47,311 nucleotides of DNA from Bacteroidota bacterium (lineage in GTDB: Bacteria > Bacteroidota > Bacteroidia > Chitinophagales > Chitinophagaceae), in NCBI GenBank assembly GCA_046052505.1, contig JBJOMF010000153.1, forward strand, positions 1 to 47,311, written 5' to 3'. Below the pieces are notes generated by a model. It saw only the letters and a program-made list of their open reading frames with translations. It did not search any database and was not told the DNA's origin. A program made the translations under genes and the position numbers. Position 1 is the first letter of the stretch, and every line of letters begins with the position of its first letter. Shown in pieces: positions 9,637 to 20,284 of this stretch.

Positions 9637-11091
9637 TCAGAATTCCGCGCTTCCCGGCGTACGCGGAAAGGCGATAACATCCCGGATATTGGTCATGCCC
9701 GTGACGAACTGCACCAGGCGTTCGAATCCCAGACCGAAGCCGGCATGCGGTACCGTACCGAACCGGCGCGTATCGAGATACCACCCGAGTTCATCCGGAG
9801 CTATCCCCATCTCCTGCATCCGGCCCTCGAGCCGCTCCAGCCGTTCCTCGCGCTGGGAACCGCCTACGATCTCGCCGATACCGGGAGCAAGTATATCCAT
9901 GGCGGCCACGGTCTGACGACCCGGTTCACAGCCGTCATTCATCCGCATGTAAAAGGCCTTGATGGCCGCAGGATAGTTATAAAGGATGACCGGCCTTTTG
10001 AAATGCTTTTCCACCAGGTACCGCTCATGCTCACTTTGCAGGTCCATGCCCCAGCCGGTGATGGGATACTGGAACTTCTTTTTCTTATTGTGGTTGCTCT
10101 CGCGCAGGATATCGATGGCCTCCGTATAAGTAAGGCGTTGAAAATCGTTTTGCAGCACGAACTCGAGCTTGGCGATCAACCCCAGCTCACTGCGCTTGTC
10201 CTGCGGCAGCTGCTTCTCCTCTTCGGCCAGCCGCTGGTCCAGAAAGTCCAGGTCTTCGCGGTTCTGCTCCATGGCGAACCGGATGATATACCGGATGAAC
10301 TCCTCGGCCAGGTTCATGTTGTCTTCCAGATCGTAAAAGGCCATCTCCGGCTCGATCATCCAGAACTCCGCCAAGTGGCGGGCCGTGTTGCTGTTCTCGG
10401 CGCGGAAGGTGGGGCCAAACGTATAGATCTCTCCGAAGGCGGTTGCGCCGAGTTCACCTTCCAACTGACCGCTCACGGTAAGATTGGTGCTGCGCCCGAA
10501 GAAATCCTCCCGGAAGTTCACGGAACCATCCTCCTGCCTTGGGGCGGTACCGTCCAGGGGAAGGGTCGTCACCCGGAACATCTCACCTGCACCTTCGGCA
10601 TCGCTTGCCGTGATGATCGGCGTATGCAGGTACAGGAATCCTTTTTCATGAAAGAAGCGGTGAATGGCAAAGGCCAGCGAATGACGCACGCGGAATACCG
10701 ACCCGAACGTATTGGTCCGGAAACGCAGGTGCGCCTTCTCGCGAAGGAATTCCAAGCTGTGCTTCTTGGGCTGCAGCGGATAGGCTTCCGCATCACTGTC
10801 ACCCAGCACCTCGATCTGGTCGGCCTTCAGGTCGGCTTTCTGCCCCTTGCCCAGCGAGGGTACCAGGGTGCCGGTCACCTTCAGCGAGGCCGAGGTGGTG
10901 ATCCGGCGAAGCAACTCCTCGGGAAAGGCCCCGAGTGCCGCCACCACCTGCACGTTCTGATTGGTACTGCCGTCGTTCAGGGCAATGAACTGGTTGTTTC
11001 GAAAGGTACGCACCCACCCCATGACCGTAACAGCCTGCCCCTGCGGCTCCATCAGCAGTAAATCCTTGACCTTGATCCTATTGTTGAACAT
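9637..11091 (-). CDS. asnS: Asparagine--tRNA ligase
   Basis: [62 protein letters not shown]; start MFNNRIK at 11091. Confidence 0.97.
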   Translation of the reverse strand: MFNNRIKVKDLLLMEPQGQAVTVMGWVRTFRNNQFIALNDGSTNQNVQVVAALGAFPEELLRRITTSASLKVTGTLVPSLGKGQKADLKADQIEVLGDSDAEAYPLQPKKHSLEFLREKAHLRFRTNTFGSVFRVRHSLAFAIHRFFHEKGFLYLHTPIITASDAEGAGEMFRVTTLPLDGTAPRQEDGSVNFREDFFGRSTNLTVSGQLEGELGATAFGEIYTFGPTFRAENSNTARHLAEFWMIEPEMAFYDLEDNMNLAEEFIRYIIRFAMEQNREDLDFLDQRLAEEEKQLPQDKRSELGLIAKLEFVLQNDFQRLTYTEAIDILRESNHNKKKKFQYPITGWGMDLQSEHERYLVEKHFKRPVILYNYPAAIKAFYMRMNDGCEPGRQTVAAMDILAPGIGEIVGGSQREERLERLEGRMQEMGIAPDELGWYLDTRRFGTVPHAGFGLGFERLVQFVTGMTNIRDVIAFPRTPGSAEF

Positions 11092-11219
11092 GTCTGATCT
11101 TGAGTTGCTAAGGTACGACTCCGCAAGAAACCGGGCGGCGGCGGACCACTGAACGTTGCCGCACACCCTCTTTGAAAAAACTGATAATCAGCCTACAAGA
11201 TCTGAAGCACCCCAAAATA

Positions 11220-11251
11220 TTTGCGGATCAGCCGTTTTTGACCTAACTTTA
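11220..11251 (+). promoter_or_regulatory. Putative rho promoter (TTTG-N20-TAACTTTA)
   Basis: Bacteroidota -33/-7 spacing with one mismatch in the -7 box; followed by a C-rich leader of about 130 nt. Confidence 0.5.
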
Positions 11252-11388
11252 CAGCTGTAAGCGGCCGTTCAGCGCAGTACGCCCCTTCAGACCCTGGCTC
11301 ACATCACCGCTACGTTCCTTCAAAAACTCCTAAATCTCTGATTGTCCGGACCAACTCTTCGAGTTGTGAATCCATTCAAGTTCCCTTT

Positions 11389-13026
11389 ATGTATGATATT
11401 CTTCAACTGAACGACATGCTCGTTCCTGAGTTGCTGGACATCGCCGAGCAGCTCAAGATCCCCAACGCCAAAAAGCTGAGCAAGCAGGACCTTGTATACA
11501 AGATCCTCGACAGCCAGGCCATCGCCGGATCCAAAGGCGCCAGGCCCGCCGATGACGGCAAGCGCAAACGGATTGTAAAGACCACCACGAGTATCAGCAG
11601 TGAAGAAGCCGTTGTGGAAAGTGGCGACGAAGAAACCCCGACCAACAAAAAAACCCATATGCCCGTTAAAAAACCCGGCCGTCCCGCCGCTGAAAACGAA
11701 ACCCCGGAAGAAAAGACCCCACAAAAGCGGGGCCGTAAAAAGAATTCGGAAAAAGAAGCGATGACTGAAGGACCGGCGGCCCCGGAAACGGGTTCCGAAA
11801 CGACCGCTCCGGAAGCAACGCCCGCACCGATCGTACCACCTCCGTCCGACGGACAGCAAGCCCCCAATAAAGTGTACCCCCAGCGCCGGGAACCCGCGTT
11901 CAACGTGGAATTCGACGGTATGATCCTGAGCGAAGGCGTACTCGAAATGATGCCCGATGGATACGGATTCCTGCGCTCTGCTGACTATAACTATCTCTCC
12001 TCTCCTGATGACGTATATGTATCCCCGTCACAGATCAAGCTCTTCGGAATCAAGACCGGCGATACCATCACCGGTGCCGTGCGGCCTCCGAAAGAAGGTG
12101 AAAAGTATTTCGCCCTCCTCAAGGTGGACGCCATCAACGGCAAAACTCCCGAGGAAGTACGCGACCGGGTACCCTTCGATTACCTGACCCCCCTGTTCCC
12201 CTTCGAAAAACTGAACCTGTTCACAACACCATCGGATTATTCGACCCGGATCATGGACCTGTTCACCCCGATCGGAAAGGGACAGCGCGGTCTGATCGTG
12301 GCACAGCCGAAGACGGGGAAGACCATGCTGCTGAAAGCGGTCGCCAACGCCATTGCCACCAACCACCCCGAATGCTACCTGATGGTGGTGCTCGTGGATG
12401 AACGCCCCGAGGAGGTAACCGATATGGAACGCAGCGTTAATGCCGAGGTCATCGCCTCGACCTTCGATGAGCCGGCTGAAAAACACGTGAAGGTGTCGAC
12501 CATCGCGCTGCAAAAGGCCAAGCGCCTGGTAGAATGCGGCCACGATGTGGTCATCCTGCTCGACTCCATCACCCGCCTGGCCCGTGCCCACAACACCGTG
12601 GCACCCGCCTCGGGGAAAGTGCTGTCGGGCGGCGTAGAAGCCAATGCCATGCAGAAGCCCAAGCAATTCTTCGGTGCCGCCCGCAAGATTGAGAACGGCG
12701 GCTCCCTGACGATCATCGCCACGGCGCTGGTCGATACCGGTAGCAAGATGGACGAAGTGATCTTCGAGGAATTCAAGGGCACCGGAAACATGGAACTCCA
12801 ACTGGAACGTAAACTTTCCAACAAACGCATCTACCCGGCCATCGATATCGTTTCATCCTCCACCCGCCGCGATGACCTGCTGCTGGAACCCCAGGTGCTG
12901 CAGCGCATGAACCTGCTGCGGGTTTACCTCACGGATATGAATCCGGAAGAAGCGATGCGCGAACTGCAAAACCGGATGAAAGGAACGAAAAGCAATGAGG
13001 AGTTCCTTGCGAGCATGAACGGATGA
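11389..13026 (+). CDS. rho: Transcription termination factor Rho with N-terminal low-complexity insertion
   Basis: [65 protein letters not shown]. Confidence 0.98.
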   Translation: MYDILQLNDMLVPELLDIAEQLKIPNAKKLSKQDLVYKILDSQAIAGSKGARPADDGKRKRIVKTTTSISSEEAVVESGDEETPTNKKTHMPVKKPGRPAAENETPEEKTPQKRGRKKNSEKEAMTEGPAAPETGSETTAPEATPAPIVPPPSDGQQAPNKVYPQRREPAFNVEFDGMILSEGVLEMMPDGYGFLRSADYNYLSSPDDVYVSPSQIKLFGIKTGDTITGAVRPPKEGEKYFALLKVDAINGKTPEEVRDRVPFDYLTPLFPFEKLNLFTTPSDYSTRIMDLFTPIGKGQRGLIVAQPKTGKTMLLKAVANAIATNHPECYLMVVLVDERPEEVTDMERSVNAEVIASTFDEPAEKHVKVSTIALQKAKRLVECGHDVVILLDSITRLARAHNTVAPASGKVLSGGVEANAMQKPKQFFGAARKIENGGSLTIIATALVDTGSKMDEVIFEEFKGTGNMELQLERKLSNKRIYPAIDIVSSSTRRDDLLLEPQVLQRMNLLRVYLTDMNPEEAMRELQNRMKGTKSNEEFLASMNG

Positions 13027-13049
13027 GCCGACGAAAACGACTCGATACG

Positions 13050-13080
13050 GAACGTCCCGCTTTGGCGGGACGTTCTTTTT
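13050..13080 (+). terminator. Intrinsic terminator after rho
   Basis: GAACGTCCCGC-tttg-GCGGGACGTTC stem followed by TTTTT. Confidence 0.8.
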
Positions 13081-13117
13081 GAAAAGATTCCCGCTAATTT
13101 CACGGTAGCACCCACCC

Positions 13118-14203
13118 ATGGCAGCGGAACGCATCGATATCGAAACCTTCCTGGTCCTGGCAAAAGAGCACCCTGTCATCGACGTACGAAGTCCTTCGGA
13201 ATACAACCATGCACACCTGCCCGGAGCCCACTCCCTGCCCCTGTTCAGCGATACGGAACGGCAGGTGGTAGGCACGACCTATAAACAGAAAAGCAGGGAA
13301 CTGGCCATCAAAGCCGGACTTGACTACTTCGGACCGAAACTGAAAGACCTGGTCGAACGGGCTGAAGAGATCGCCGGATCAAACCGGTCTTCACCACCCG
13401 GCGAACGAACCTTGATGGTGTATTGTTGGCGGGGCGGCATGCGAAGCGCGGCCGTGTCCTGGCTGCTGGACCTCTAGGGTTTTCGGGTATACACCCTGAT
13501 CGGAGGGTACAAGCGATACCGTAACTACGTTCTCGATTCGTTCCGGTTGCCCTACCGGTTCCGCATCCTGGGAGGATATACCGGATCCGGAAAGACCGAA
13601 CTGCTCAGGTCGCTGGTTGAAAAAGGGGAACCGGTGGTCGACCTCGAGGGACTGGCCCTTCACAAAGGCTCAGCGTTCGGGAACATCGGCATGCCATCAC
13701 AACCCTCTCAGGAACAATTCGAAAATCAGCTCAGCCGGTTGCTGCTGACCGCCTGCAACTGCATTGGAACACCCTTTCCGGAAAACCCTCCGGCCATCTG
13801 GCTGGAAGACGAATCGCAACGCATCGGACAGGTGAACATCCCAACGGACCTGTGGAAGACCATGCGCCGATCAGCCCTGTTCTTTCTGGACATCCCCTTT
13901 CCCGAGCGACTCCAGCATATCACCACCGAGTACGGGCAACTGGACCGGGAGCGAATGGCCGACGCGATCGGTCGGATCACGGAAAAACTGGGAGGAAGCA
14001 ACGCCAAAGCTGCTTTAACCCATCTTCAATCGGGGGAGACGGAGGCCTGCTTCGGGATCCTGCTGCACTACTACGACAAATTTTATCTGAAAGCCCTGCA
14101 CAATCGGGACCAACTGGAAACGTTATTACACCGGATCCCCTGTGGGTCCGTAACCAATGAGAACGCCGATGCCCTTCTATCGACCGCCTGTGAAAGGAAT
14201 TAA
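13118..14203 (+). pseudogene. mnmH: tRNA 2-selenouridine synthase MnmH/SelU interrupted by one in-frame TAG at 13475-13477 (pseudogene, sequencing error or readthrough)
   Basis: ORFs 13118-13477 and 13547-14203 are in the same frame and read continuously as ...YCWRGGMRSAAVSWLLDL*GFRVYTLIGGYKRYR...GGYTGSGKTELL...VDLEGLALHKGSAFG...EDESQRIG, i.e. rhodanese plus P-loop domains. Confidence 0.85.
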
Positions 14204-15674
14204 ACTGCTGGTGGCAGGACTTGTGCTGCCCCTGTGGCTGTCGGCCCAGTCACTGACCGGACTCTGGACCGGCGCCATCCGGAACGACAGCACCACCGTC
14301 CGTAAAGACCAGCTCTTCGAGATCGCGCTGACCGAATACAAAGGCAAGGTGCATGGTTACTCCCGCAGCGAATTCATTGTGAACGACACCCTGTATTACA
14401 TCGTCAAACGGGTCAAGGGCACTATTGAGGGTGATGTATGCATGGTAACCGACGATGAGATCCTCGCCTATAACTTCCGGGGAAAGCTCGATAAGGGGAT
14501 CCGCGTGACCAGTACCTTCCGCCGAAACAAGGCCGACAGCACCTGGTACCTTGCCGGCGACTGGAAGACCAATGCCACACGAAAATATTATGCAGTCACC
14601 GGTAAGTTGGACCTGCAGGCTGAAACCGATCTGGCCGCATCCAAGCTCTTCCCCCACCTGGAAGAACTGAAGCTGGCGGATCAGGTCGACTTCTACCGGG
14701 AACGGACGGAGGGGTTACCGATCGCCAAGATCGTACGACCCGAACGTATCAATAGCGAATCCCGTACCCCGAAGGACCTGCAGACCGAAACAGTCCTTCA
14801 ACCAACAGAACCAATACTGCCGGCACCGTCGATCACGGAACCGGAGCCGGTGATCGGACAACCGGTGACAACCGTGCCCCGATCTGAAAAAACTGAACTG
14901 CCCAAACAACAGACACCCGTAACAGGCGCTTCCGGAAAACCCCTGATCACCGCCCGTATGCCCGAACAAACTCCTGCTGCGCTGACAACTCCGGCACCCC
15001 CCCAAAACACCGGCATTGATTCAACCACGGGTAAAACCCTCTCCCCCGTAACATCAGCCCCTATTCCCGCCAAGCCTTCCGTACCGACGGAAAAACGAGA
15101 TCCGGCGGCATATGAATATGTGGACCTGCCCGTACCGGTAAAAACAGATCGGCCCGCAACAAAACCGGAAGCGGCACCGGTGACGGCGATGAAACAACCC
15201 CTGCCCCAACCCGTCTCCTCGCTTCAGCCCGGAGCGACGATCGGTGGCCCCACACCGGCATCGACTCCGAACGCCGTGCGAACGAGAACGCTAGAAGAAC
15301 TCACCCGACAGGTCGCTTCCATCTCCGGCAGGCGTTCGGAGTTCTCACAGGTGGTAGAATTCCGATCCGACAGTCTGCAGCTGGCCCTTTACGATAACGG
15401 AGAGATCGACGGCGATACCGTGTCGGTTTATTATAACGGAGAGATCCTGTTGGCACGACAGGGATTGAAGGCCTCTGCCATCCGAAAGACCATCTACGTT
15501 CGGCCAGGTACCGATGAGGACTTCACATTGGTATTGTTCGCGGACAATCTCGGCAAATACCCCCCCAACACCGGCCTGCTGGTCGTGTACGATGGGGACG
15601 ACACATACCACCTTCGCTTCAGTTCCGACTTCAAGAAAAGCTCTGGCATCGTATTCCGCCGAAAGCGCCCCTAA
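14169..15674 (+). CDS. Hypothetical secreted protein with central Pro/Thr-rich linker; start uncertain
   Basis: Signal peptide ...LPLWLSA|QSLTGLWTG; N-terminal globular region; Pro/Thr-rich middle; C-terminal domain [18 protein letters not shown]...[12 protein letters not shown]. Confidence 0.75.
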   Translation: MPFYRPPVKGIKLLVAGLVLPLWLSAQSLTGLWTGAIRNDSTTVRKDQLFEIALTEYKGKVHGYSRSEFIVNDTLYYIVKRVKGTIEGDVCMVTDDEILAYNFRGKLDKGIRVTSTFRRNKADSTWYLAGDWKTNATRKYYAVTGKLDLQAETDLAASKLFPHLEELKLADQVDFYRERTEGLPIAKIVRPERINSESRTPKDLQTETVLQPTEPILPAPSITEPEPVIGQPVTTVPRSEKTELPKQQTPVTGASGKPLITARMPEQTPAALTTPAPPQNTGIDSTTGKTLSPVTSAPIPAKPSVPTEKRDPAAYEYVDLPVPVKTDRPATKPEAAPVTAMKQPLPQPVSSLQPGATIGGPTPASTPNAVRTRTLEELTRQVASISGRRSEFSQVVEFRSDSLQLALYDNGEIDGDTVSVYYNGEILLARQGLKASAIRKTIYVRPGTDEDFTLVLFADNLGKYPPNTGLLVVYDGDDTYHLRFSSDFKKSSGIVFRRKRP

Positions 15675-15718
15675 ATGCGATTTATTGCAGCATGCTGCAA
15701 TCTCTCGACCTTTACCGG

Positions 15719-16762
15719 ATGAATGAACCGATTCGACTGACCCAGTACGCGCATGGTGCCGGCTGCGGTTGCAAGATCGCTCCCCAGGTGCTCGAGGAAA
15801 TCCTGCGGACGACCGCTCCGCTCCGCTCAGACCCGCGGCTGCTCGTAGGCCATGAGAGCCGGGATGATGCGGCGGTATATGACAACGGGGACGGTACCGG
15901 ATTGGTATCCACCACCGATTTCTTCATGCCCATTGTAGACGATGCCTTCGATTTCGGACGGATCGCCGCCGCCAATGCCCTGAGTGATGTGTATGCCATG
16001 GGCGGTACGCCCTTACTCGCGATCGCCATTCTGGGCTGGCCCGTGGAAAAACTTCCGGCCTCCCTTGCTGGAGAGGTCGTGAACGGAGGCCGATCCATAT
16101 GTGCGACGGCGGGTATCCCGTTGGCAGGCGGACATAGCATCGACTCACCGGAACCATTCTTCGGGCTGGCCGTAACAGGCAGGGTTGCCCTGCCAAATTT
16201 GAAAAAAAATAACACGGCCCAGGCGGGCGATCGGCTCTATGTCACAAAACCCCTGGGCGTAGGCATCCTGACAACGGCCGGTAAACGGGGTTTGTTACAA
16301 GCCGAACATGCTGACGGCATGCTTAAGCTGCTGACCTCGTTGAATCGGATCGGTGAACGCCTCGGCGCCTTACCGGGTGTAACGGCTATGACCGATATCA
16401 CCGGGTTTGGCCTGCTGGGTCACCTGATCGAAATGACGGAGGGAAGCGGCTGCAGCGCCGAACTCTACTACGACCGGATTCCCGTGGCCAACGGGGTGCG
16501 GGACTATATCGCACAGCGCATATTCCCCGATGCCACTACCCGAAACTGGAGCAGCTATGGACAAAACATTGCCTTCGAGAAAGGAGTGAATGTCCTGGAA
16601 GCCTTTACCCTGTTGCCCGACCCACAGACGAACGGGGGCCTGCTGGTCAGCGTGCGGCCGGAACAGGAAGCTGCAATGACCGAACTGCTGGGTCCACCGA
16701 TCGGCCGTATCACGGTAAAAGGGGAAAAAGCGATCGTGATCGCACCGCATCAGCGTGGCTGA
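15719..16762 (+). CDS. selD: Selenide, water dikinase (selenophosphate synthetase), Cys-type
   Basis: [71 protein letters not shown]; start MNEPIRL at 15719. Confidence 0.96.
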   Translation: MNEPIRLTQYAHGAGCGCKIAPQVLEEILRTTAPLRSDPRLLVGHESRDDAAVYDNGDGTGLVSTTDFFMPIVDDAFDFGRIAAANALSDVYAMGGTPLLAIAILGWPVEKLPASLAGEVVNGGRSICATAGIPLAGGHSIDSPEPFFGLAVTGRVALPNLKKNNTAQAGDRLYVTKPLGVGILTTAGKRGLLQAEHADGMLKLLTSLNRIGERLGALPGVTAMTDITGFGLLGHLIEMTEGSGCSAELYYDRIPVANGVRDYIAQRIFPDATTRNWSSYGQNIAFEKGVNVLEAFTLLPDPQTNGGLLVSVRPEQEAAMTELLGPPIGRITVKGEKAIVIAPHQRG

Positions 16763-17667
16763 AGGAACAGTTCCGCGAACATGCAACGTACACTGCCCCC
16801 ACCAACCGACTCGATCGTGGGGATATCGGCGACGAGAAGTGTTCCGTGAGCCTCCAGGGCCTGAACCTGATCGGAACGGAGCGCGGCAAGGGCCGTCCGG
16901 CTGATCACGATCAGCTGCTCATCGGTTGCATTGGTCAACATCAACACATTCCCCGCAAATCGTTCCATCTGCTCGCGCGTGATGGATACGATGACATGAC
17001 CGGTTGAGCCCAGCAACTGGTGCAGGGCAATGCGTTCCCATTCCTCCTCAATGGCCTCATCACAAAGGATACAAAATCCGGCACCCAGTGCCAGAACCAC
17101 ATTGGTATGGTACACGGGGCGCCCATCCGCATGGCTGGCCATGAACAGCAGGGCCTGATAACCGTTGCGCGCGGCAAAACCTTCGACCAGTGCGGGATGT
17201 GTCCGTTCGGACAGGGAGGCATAGATCATCCGGTTCGTATGATCGATGATCATGCTGCCCGTACCTTCCAGGAAACGGCCTTCGGCCTCGAATTCGGTCC
17301 AATCCTGAACATCATCGATCCGGTAGTCGTTCGCAAGCTGCTGCAGGACCTCCTCCCGTTTTTCAGAACGACGCGACGCGGCATACAAGGGGAAGATGAA
17401 CAACCGTCCGTCGGGTGCGGTTCCCAGCCAGTTGTTCGGAAAAACGGCATCGGGCTTGCAGGGCTCAGGCGTATCCTCCACGACACGGACCGACACCCCA
17501 TGATCGCGTAACAGGCGGACAACGCCGTCAAATTCATCGAGCGCCCGCTGCTGAATCAGGTGCGGCTCCCGATCGGGCAAGTGCTGGAAAAAATTATTGG
17601 CCGCCGTCTCCTCGTTGAAACGAAAACAGGCGGGGCGTACCATCAATATCGAGGATGCAAGGACCAT
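16750..17667 (-). CDS. Amidinotransferase / arginine deiminase-related protein (CtlX-like)
   Basis: [52 protein letters not shown]. Confidence 0.88.
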   Translation of the reverse strand: MVLASSILMVRPACFRFNEETAANNFFQHLPDREPHLIQQRALDEFDGVVRLLRDHGVSVRVVEDTPEPCKPDAVFPNNWLGTAPDGRLFIFPLYAASRRSEKREEVLQQLANDYRIDDVQDWTEFEAEGRFLEGTGSMIIDHTNRMIYASLSERTHPALVEGFAARNGYQALLFMASHADGRPVYHTNVVLALGAGFCILCDEAIEEEWERIALHQLLGSTGHVIVSITREQMERFAGNVLMLTNATDEQLIVISRTALAALRSDQVQALEAHGTLLVADIPTIESVGGGSVRCMFAELFLQPR

Positions 17668-17670
17668 GGA

Positions 17671-17904
17671 TCAGGGCAACAGGGCATCGATGCGGGCGGC
17701 GAGTTGGCGGTCGAGATCCGTTATGATATTTCCGGCATCATGCGTTTGAAGCCAGATCTCTACCGTATCCCAGACATTCGACCAGCGGGGGTGGTGATTC
17801 ATCTTTTCAGCCTCGATGGCCACACGGGTCATGAAGGCGAACGCCTCGCTGAAATCACGGAACCGGAATTTACGGTAAAGGCTCTGTTCGATTTCCTGCC
17901 ACAT
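17671..17904 (-). CDS. phhB: Pterin-4-alpha-carbinolamine dehydratase
   Basis: FRDFSEAFAFMTRVA..AEKMNHHPRW...THDAG.ITDLD. Confidence 0.9.
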   Translation of the reverse strand: MWQEIEQSLYRKFRFRDFSEAFAFMTRVAIEAEKMNHHPRWSNVWDTVEIWLQTHDAGNIITDLDRQLAARIDALLP

Positions 17905-17922
17905 GGGAGCGGTTTTTATTCG

Positions 17923-18372
17923 TTAAAAGATGAGATTTTCACGGTTGGTGATCTTGTCGACCGACAAGTCCGCCACCAGCTGCACACTATCGATGCCCCG
18001 GATGGTCTGTATCGTTTCCTCCATCACCGAATCGGTCACCTCATCCCCCTTCATAAGCCACAGGAAATCGAGATGCCGAAACTCGGGAAGCAGGTATTCC
18101 CCGTCGAACTGGTTATTATATATGTAGTGGGAGAGGAAGCGAAAGGGTACATTGTATTCATAGACCGGAAAAAAGTACTCCCGCTTTTTCCGGACCAGCA
18201 TGATCTCCAGCTCGTGGTTGATCCGGAAATCCAATCCGGTAGCGGTATTGATGTGCCAGCAGAACTGGTAGTCCTTCACGGGGGTCATGATCCCCAATAC
18301 CCGAACGTCGGAAAAGAACAGGTCGGTGATCTCCCGGTTGTTCAGCACCAGTTTGTTCCCGCGTTCGGCCAT
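17923..18372 (-). CDS. IPExxxVDY-like conserved Bacteroidota protein
   Basis: KDYQFCWHIN and YLLPEFRHLDFLW resemble the family signature. Confidence 0.7.
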   Translation of the reverse strand: MAERGNKLVLNNREITDLFFSDVRVLGIMTPVKDYQFCWHINTATGLDFRINHELEIMLVRKKREYFFPVYEYNVPFRFLSHYIYNNQFDGEYLLPEFRHLDFLWLMKGDEVTDSVMEETIQTIRGIDSVQLVADLSVDKITNRENLIF

Positions 18373-18426
18373 GGTGAATTTTCATTTAAGTTACGAACTG
18401 CCTGGAACATGCCCCACGGATCCCGC

Positions 18427-20094
18427 TCAGAACTCAACGGTAACCTCCATCGATTCAGCGCCACGGCGGAGCTTCACGGTTGCCTTGTCTCCTTTTTTAA
18501 ATCGCGAGAGGGTCTGCATATAGCTCTCCATGGATGTCACTGAATACGGCCCCAGCTGGATCAATACATCACCGGCCCGGATCCCCGCTTTTTGAGCGGG
18601 TTTGCCCTCTGAAACCCCGTCCACTTTTACACCGGCACCGCTGTACGTATAGTCCGGCATGATGCCCATCGACACAGAGAACCTTGCTTGTGTGGTGGTC
18701 TGCGTTTCCCGGGTCTTGGTAAAGGTGAGACGCGGTTGCTTTTCCGCACGCTCGATCAGATCCAGTATATGCCGCAGGATCGTCTGCTCCCCCTTGTAGT
18801 TGATCCGGTCGGCGTCGTCCGTCGGTTTGTGGTAATCGGTATGCAGGCCCGTGAAATAGAACAGCACGGGGATGTCCTTACGGTAAAAGGACGTGTGATC
18901 GCTTGGGCCGGTGCCGCTGCTGTCAATCTTTACGACCAATTGGGGTTTCCCTTTGCGACCGGTACGGTATTCCGGTGTGATGAGGCTGCTCCAGGCCGGC
19001 GAAGTGCCATATCCCCCGATGGTGATTACCTGTGTGCTGTCGTTCAGGCGTCCTACCATGTCCATGTTGATCATGAAGTTCACCGAGCGCAGGTCGATCG
19101 TGGGGTTCTCGGTAAAATGCCGTGACCCGTACAACCCGAGCTCCTCCCCGGAAAAGGCGATGAACAGAAAGTTGCTGGACTTGGAGGGATTTTTTCTCAG
19201 AAGACGGGCCAGTTCCAGCAAGGCGGCCGTACCGCTGGCATTGTCATCTGCCCCATTGTGGATGGCCGGCTGCTTTTCGGTCATCCGGGAATTGCCGTCC
19301 TCCCCATAGCCGAGGTGGTCGTAGTGGGCGCCCAAGATGATGGTATGGGCAGCCCCGTTGTCAATATAACCCACCACATTGTGGCCGGTCCGTTTTTTAT
19401 CCGTTACGGCTGCCTGATACGCCAGAGCAACGGTCGCAGCGGGATCTTTAAAGACGCGGAGGGCCGCATCTTTTTTGATATAGAATACCGGGATCCCTAC
19501 TGACGCTGAACGGTCCTTGGCATCGAAGGTCATCCGGTCCTCCCCGGCACTGCTGTTATAAAGGAACAGGGCCGTCGCACCGCGTTCCTTTGCCTTGCGG
19601 CTGTTGGTGCGTATGTATTCCAGAAAGTCGAAATGGGGATTGCCGCGGTTCTCTTCCTGGGCATCCTTCAGGTCGAGCACCCAGGGTATTTCGGCCTCCT
19701 GAACGGACAGGGTCACCTGTGCGGTCCCTTTCCCTGCGGCACTGAACGGGAAAATAAAAAAATCCGTCCCGGGTACCAGCGCGTCCCCGTTTATCTGCAA
19801 CTGTGCCGACGGGTCCATCATCCGCCCCTCCTGTACGTCGAAGGACTGTATGTACCCGTCTTTCCCCATCGGACTGAGTCCTGTTTCCCGAAAACGGTCA
19901 CGGATATACTCCATGGCTTTGACTTCGCCGGGCGTGCCGGTCCGACGTCCTTCAAGTCCATCGTCAGCGAGGAACTCAACATGTGAGCGAAGCTTACTCA
20001 AAGTGGAGGCGTCGGTCCGGTACAAAGTACCGGAAGGCCTGCAGGCCGCCAAAAACAGCAGGGCAACAAGGGGAAGAGGGCGTATGCTTCGCAT
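18427..20094 (-). CDS. M28 family metallopeptidase lipoprotein with PA and PDZ domains
   Basis: Lipobox LAAC; LEGRRTGTPG, GAHYDHLG, GADDNASG, FSGEELGLYGS, SDHTSF, YHKPTD; C-terminal PDZ (MGIMPDY...PAQKAGIRAGD). Confidence 0.92.
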   Translation of the reverse strand: MRSIRPLPLVALLFLAACRPSGTLYRTDASTLSKLRSHVEFLADDGLEGRRTGTPGEVKAMEYIRDRFRETGLSPMGKDGYIQSFDVQEGRMMDPSAQLQINGDALVPGTDFFIFPFSAAGKGTAQVTLSVQEAEIPWVLDLKDAQEENRGNPHFDFLEYIRTNSRKAKERGATALFLYNSSAGEDRMTFDAKDRSASVGIPVFYIKKDAALRVFKDPAATVALAYQAAVTDKKRTGHNVVGYIDNGAAHTIILGAHYDHLGYGEDGNSRMTEKQPAIHNGADDNASGTAALLELARLLRKNPSKSSNFLFIAFSGEELGLYGSRHFTENPTIDLRSVNFMINMDMVGRLNDSTQVITIGGYGTSPAWSSLITPEYRTGRKGKPQLVVKIDSSGTGPSDHTSFYRKDIPVLFYFTGLHTDYHKPTDDADRINYKGEQTILRHILDLIERAEKQPRLTFTKTRETQTTTQARFSVSMGIMPDYTYSGAGVKVDGVSEGKPAQKAGIRAGDVLIQLGPYSVTSMESYMQTLSRFKKGDKATVKLRRGAESMEVTVEF

Positions 20095-20113
20095 AGAAAT
20101 GGTTTAGCAGCGG

Positions 20114-20121
20114 CAAAGGTA
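20114..20121 (-). promoter_or_regulatory. -7 promoter element (TACCTTTG) for the M28 peptidase
   Basis: Exact TAnnTTTG match 19 nt upstream of the start. Confidence 0.55.
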
Positions 20122-20284
20122 TTGCGGACCCGCAGTATTCTGGGAGGACAGAACCCTTTTTTGGTCTGTTTTCCGTTTCGGGATCTCCAAAATCCGCATC
20201 TCGTAAGGACAAATGGAGGGGCTGTGATAGTTTTGCGAGCCCCGCATACCGGAATAACAGGTTCCGGCCGGGATAACGACCCCT

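Noticed and set aside
9745-11061. 438-aa plus-strand ORF and similar long antisense ORFs (3456-4415, 7702-8697, 17560-18543, 30355-31392, 38456-39655)
   Set aside because: They lie opposite well-supported genes; long shadow ORFs are expected from GC-rich codon bias
13475-13477. Selenocysteine recoding or genome-wide TAG reassignment as the explanation for the mnmH stop
   Set aside because: Sec uses TGA, not TAG, and the position is not the catalytic Cys. TAG terminates psuG (36408) and FDH alpha (45373) at plausible C-termini. No pyl genes are in the window.
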